Below, piece by piece: positions 61,523 to 64,000 of a DNA stretch of 64,000 bases. The DNA is from Lama guanicoe (lineage: Eukaryota). The notes beneath the pieces were generated by a model. It was not told the origin of the DNA. It saw only the letters and a program-made list of their open reading frames with translations, and made no database searches. The stretch lies in NCBI GenBank assembly GCA_013239625.1, contig MU053557.1, positions 1,495,063-1,559,062 on the forward strand, written 5' to 3'. A program made the translations under genes and the position numbers. Numbering within the stretch: position 1 is the stretch's first letter; the number at the start of each line of letters is the position of its first letter.

Positions 61523-61949
61523 GATAATCACTTTCTAAATATAGACTTTCCCCCAGCAGAACCAAAGGGAAAGAGAAGCTTTACTGTTCTGAATCAAATG
61601 TCTCCCATGTTTTAGGTCAGAATCACTGTGTATTTTTAGCTACAAAAAGGCTCTGGGCAGGTGAGGAGAAACATCGTCCAAAGAACAACATCTTAGAAGA
61701 AATCATTCAGACGCTGTAAACAGGCATTGTGTCCTGAGATGCTCCATGTCAGCAAGGAGCCCATGGTCAGTTAAAGACATCAGAAAAGTAAGTGTCAACC
61801 ATCAGGAGAAATAAAAGCAAGTTGCCAATGATAAAACAGATCAGTGAATGTGACTGAAGCTTTTCCATCACATTTTATCATTCCCTCTCCACCACCACCC
61901 CTTATTACATATAAGCCCATTAAAGCATAATCAATGGAAACAAGAATAA

Positions 61950-62840
61950 AATCGGAACATTCTCCTCTGATTCTGGTTCTCCTTCTGTGTTCCTAATCTA
62001 AAAGAACAGTATCATGATCCATCCAGGTAGCAAGCAAAGTATTCAGGGGTCATCTATGATAGCCCCCTTTTCTATACAATTCATATCCAAGCTGGCACCC
62101 AACCTCTCCATTTAGCTCGTGAATATAATTCTCAAATCTGTCCATTTCTTTCACCACCAACAGCATTACAACCACCACCAACAGAACCACCTTAGACCGA
62201 ACTACCATTATCTCCCACCTGAATTAATATGATAAATTCTTAATTATCTAAATGCATCTAGACTGGCTCCCTGATAATCCATTCTCCATGATGCAGCCAG
62301 ACTGATCTTTTCAAAACACTAAAATATTTATGACTCTTGTTTAAACCCTTCAGTGGCTTCTCCCAGTTCTTAAGATAAAGAGCAAAGACTCTCAGGTAGA
62401 CAACAGAGCCCTGGCTCCTGCCTGCCTCTCCAGACTTTCCCTTATTCTCAATGCTCCAACCACAGTGATATTTGAGATCCTCAAACTCACCACGCTGCTT
62501 TCTGTCTTGGGTCCCTTGTGCAGACTTTTCCTTTTTTCTGGGAATGTTTTTCCCTCATCTCACTCAGTTAACACCGACTCATTCTTTATTACTTCAAGTG
62601 TCACTTCCCAGGACTTATCTCCCAACCTGTAGCATCTCAAAAGCCAGATGGGCTTATTATATGTACCCTTAGAACTGTGTCCCTTTATTTCATAGCACTT
62701 AGCTTATAAAAGTGTGCTCATTTTTACAATATAAATACACACACACACACATCCAGTCTCATCAGGCTACAATCTATATGAGAGAGGCTATGTTTGCTTT
62801 TGCTGATACTCAATATATATTCATTCCATGAGTAAATGAA
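61950..62840 (+). mobile_element. L2 3' region
   Basis: TCCATTCTCCA..GCAGCCAGACTGATCTTTTCAAAA..AAACCCTTCAGTGGCTTC..GAGTAAATGAA terminus. Confidence 0.85.
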
Positions 62841-63179
62841 GCACAGGGACTTTTTCACGGAGCCATAGTAGGTAAACATTCAAAAAAATTTTTTTAACCA
62901 ACAGGTTTTGCACAGTCCTGATGATAAGATGCATTTTCCTCAAGCAATGAAGAAGAAATTAACCCAGATGTTTTCTCCCTGAATCACGGTCATGACCTAG
63001 TTGACTGGTTTCCAGGGAAGGGTCACAAGTTAGACAACTGATAATAGTGTTCTGACTCTCATCTTGATGTGGGGCCAAGGTAGACCCAAACTGCTCCTTT
63101 CTGGGAGTGATAAGGGGCAGTTCACTCTCCCTCTAACTCCCAGGTGCTTTCTTAAGTTCTCCTGGGGCTTCTCCACCAA

Positions 63180-63667
63180 TTCTAGATGTTGACTTTTTTG
63201 GCTGAAAGTGACAGAAGACCTCACTAATTATGACTTAAACAAATCTTTCATCCTCACGTAATAAAAAGCCAAAGAAGGCAAATTCTGACCTTAGTTTGCC
63301 ATCAAATACCCGGGCTCTTTGCCTTTACTCTGGTGTCCTTAATATGCTGACTTTCCTCTTCATGCTTACCATCTAAAGGTTAAAGAAACTGCCACATGTG
63401 TGGGCATCACCTTAAAGTTCCAGGCAGACATAGGGTCTGAAGAAATAGGAGCAGCTGCCTAGATACTTTTAAATCAGGAAAATAAATGTTTTCCAAGAAG
63501 CCACCAGCAAGCAGATTTCTCTCATACCTCACTGGCCATAATTCGGAAACACAGACATCCATTGGTATAAAGAAAGCAGAGAAATTGGTTCTCTATAATT
63601 GGGCAGTCCAGGGAGAAGGAAGCTAGGAAAGACCTTTGCTCAGACAATCTGCAGTATATCTACCATA
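63180..63667 (-). mobile_element. MLT1J-like MaLR solo LTR
   Basis: GGCTGAAAGTGACAGAA..GCCATCAAATACCCGGGCTCTTT..CCTCACTGGCCA..CTACCATA. Confidence 0.7.
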
Positions 63668-64000
63668 TTAATATGTTTTTCTCCTTTTATAAAATAACCA
63701 TTAATGTGGAGGGGATATAGCATGGTTAGACTTTAGGAATAAAAAACTTGAAATGTTGGCTCAGAGCAGTCTAATCTAAACAGTTTGACTTTTTGTTTTT
63801 TTAACCTGATTTGACCACTATGGCAGACAAATAGATTTTAAATATAACCTTCTTAGCAAAAAAGACACTAGCATATTTAATATAAATTTACACTTCCGCT
63901 CCTGATCATGCAAATGCCTGTGTTTTCTCAGTATAATCTTTTCAATAAAATCACCTGGTAACTGAGATATGTCTTTGGATCAATGTGTTCTGAAATTTAG

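Noticed and set aside
1..64000. Inferring host-gene strand from L1/LTR orientation bias
   Set aside because: L1 and ERVL copies are split roughly evenly between strands; only the MaLRs lean minus, and there are too few to conclude
1..64000. A novel multi-gene biological system
   Set aside because: No supportable coding genes or unexplained large-scale structure; content is accounted for by known repeat classes and unique non-coding blocks

Overview
AT-rich eutherian mammalian DNA that reads as a large intron or intergenic region. I found no supportable protein-coding gene, true RNA gene, CpG island or CRISPR-like array. The ORF track is explained by repeats and chance. Two tRNA-derived SINEs (51818+, 56748-) and the style of the young L1 3' ends point to a camelid genome (camel/alpaca/llama); no Bov-tA/BovB, PRE1, Alu or B1 elements were seen (inference). 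Much of the window is transposon debris: MIR, L2, old and young L1, HAL1, MaLR and ERVL solo LTRs, and hAT/Tigger remnants, with several nested insertions and readable target-site duplications (TSDs). Family names come from my recall of Repbase/Dfam consensus motifs, so subfamily labels and old-element boundaries are approximate. Best-supported oddities: a twin-priming 5'-inverted L1 with TSD (13811-14539), a 65-bp L1 stub with TSD (59267-59357), a well-formed 103-nt minus-strand exon candidate (3883-3985) and a strand-asymmetric hairpin (976-1080). I found no evidence for a new biological system.
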